Positions 32,057-33,333 of a DNA stretch of 33,333 nucleotides are shown in pieces. The notes below the pieces were generated by a model. The model was not told where the DNA came from. It worked only from the letters and a program-made list of their open reading frames with translations, and did no database searches. A program made the translations under genes and the position numbers. The first letter of the stretch is position 1, and each line of letters starts with the position of its first letter. This stretch comes from a virus (taxonomy: Duplodnaviria > Caudoviricetes): the IMG/VR virus record IMGVR_UViG_3300048854_000042, positions 1-33,333 of that record; one strand, given 5' to 3'.

Positions 32057-33333
32057 TAGTGGTCGAAGTAGTTCGTTGAACGACTGGAGTAGCCGAGCAC
32101 TGACTCCTCGAACTTCCGCAGCTCCTCGTCGAACAGCTCCTCGGCCCTCTTGTCCTCCTCGCGAGTGATGTCCCGACTGAGCCATTCGGTCCAGTAGGCG
32201 ACAGCCATGGCGAGCGCATCGAGACGGTCATCGTGCCGCAGAGCGCCACGTTCCCGAGTGATGCGGGTGAGCTGGTGAAAGAGCTGGTACTTGGGGTCGG
32301 ACTTCTGGTCAGCGCGGAGCAGTGCAGCGTCAACGACAAGGCGGTGCTGGTTGAGTACCGGCTCCAGCGTGTCGATGATGCGGCGTTCCTTCTGGCCCGT
32401 GCTGCGGACCTCCTCGACTGAGCAGGGATAGATGCGTCGGAGCACGGGCTCTAGCAGCTTCACGAACATGCCGTCGCCGAAGTTGGACTCGACGAGGATT
32501 GCCTTGACCTTCTCGGCCCGTGCGATGTGCGCGATCTGCTCCAGGGCTTCGTCGGAGTACCCGCCCGTGATGCCGCCAGCGCGTCGGAGGAAGACCATGC
32601 CGCGCAGCATCTTGGTGACCGTGTAGCCCGTCTCGTCTCCGCCACGGCCCGAGGGGTCGATGGTGAGCAGCGAGCCCGTGAACTCCTCGACGTCCTTAGC
32701 GACGTACATGGGGCGGTGCAGGCGGTCGCCCGTGAACCCCACGGCCGGGATGTCGTTGATGATCTGCTCGGGACCAGAGGCCCACATGACACGGATGGGG
32801 GCGGCCTCGCGGTCGACGTCCATCACGATCAGGTCCGATAGCTTCAGCGGGTAGCGCTCGCTGTCCGAGAGCGTCGTGTCCAGCATGAACTGGAGCATGA
32901 AGCCAGAGCGGCCGTAGGAAGCCTCTCGGTCCATCAGGTCGTTCTCATGGAACCGCGAGGGCTCCACAGGCTTCCAGGCGATTGCCGGGTTCGTCTCGAA
33001 CGCTTCCGCGATGTAGGGCGCGAGGCGGCCGAGATACTGGCCGTAGTGCTTCGCGTCCCTCGGGTAGCGTGCGGGCCACACACGGATTTCGTAGCCACGT
33101 TCCGGCAGGCGGTTGTAGATCGACTCCTCTGTCTGCGGCGTGCCCAGGTAAATGATCTCGGCGTTCGCCAGGGGCTTGAGGATTGCGTCGAACTCCTTGA
33201 TGAGTTCGGACAGCTTCTCCCGCTGCGCGACGGTCGCAGAGTTCTTCACGACCTCGACGTCATCAGCAATGATCGTGTCGGCGCGCGAGCCGGTGAGCTG
33301 GCCCGTGATACCGACAGACTTCACGGAGGGGGA
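32053..33333 (-). CDS. terL: Terminase large subunit (T7 gp19-like), 5' end outside the window
   Basis: GITGQLTGSRAD.IIADDVE, LGTPQ, IDPSGRGGDET, ESNFGDGMF, HDDRLDAL. Confidence 0.97.
   Translation of the reverse strand, partial: SPSVKSVGITGQLTGSRADTIIADDVEVVKNSATVAQREKLSELIKEFDAILKPLANAEIIYLGTPQTEESIYNRLPERGYEIRVWPARYPRDAKHYGQYLGRLAPYIAEAFETNPAIAWKPVEPSRFHENDLMDREASYGRSGFMLQFMLDTTLSDSERYPLKLSDLIVMDVDREAAPIRVMWASGPEQIINDIPAVGFTGDRLHRPMYVAKDVEEFTGSLLTIDPSGRGGDETGYTVTKMLRGMVFLRRAGGITGGYSDEALEQIAHIARAEKVKAILVESNFGDGMFVKLLEPVLRRIYPCSVEEVRSTGQKERRIIDTLEPVLNQHRLVVDAALLRADQKSDPKYQLFHQLTRITRERGALRHDDRLDALAMAVAYWTEWLSRDITREEDKRAEELFDEELRKFEESVLGYSSRSTNYFDHY

Overview
About 33 kb of a T7-like (Autographiviridae) podophage genome with temperate features, almost entirely on the minus strand. 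In transcription order (right to left) it holds: the 3' part of the large terminase, a GH24 lysozyme and small genes; a probable genome-end region; sigma70-type early promoters and small early genes; a MarR-like regulator, a tyrosine integrase and an intact attP (3' half of tRNA-Leu(TAG)); a single-subunit RNA polymerase; a replication module (SSB, RusA, degenerate gp3.5-like amidase, primase-helicase, nucleotidyltransferase, DNA polymerase A, HNH-like nuclease, 2OG-Fe(II) oxygenase-like protein, exonuclease, dNMP kinase); an antisense HEPN/DUF4145 gene; and the head and tail module up to a truncated internal virion protein. Main observations: a near-consensus copy of the putative phage promoter lies in the codons for the RNA polymerase's own specificity loop; a phage promoter sits directly upstream of the RNAP gene next to attP; a second cluster of attP-arm-like and IHF-like sites lies 6.6 kb from attP; several genes appear to start at CTG; and the gp3.5 homologue has lost its catalytic residues. 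All calls come from reading the sequence by eye and no database search was run.
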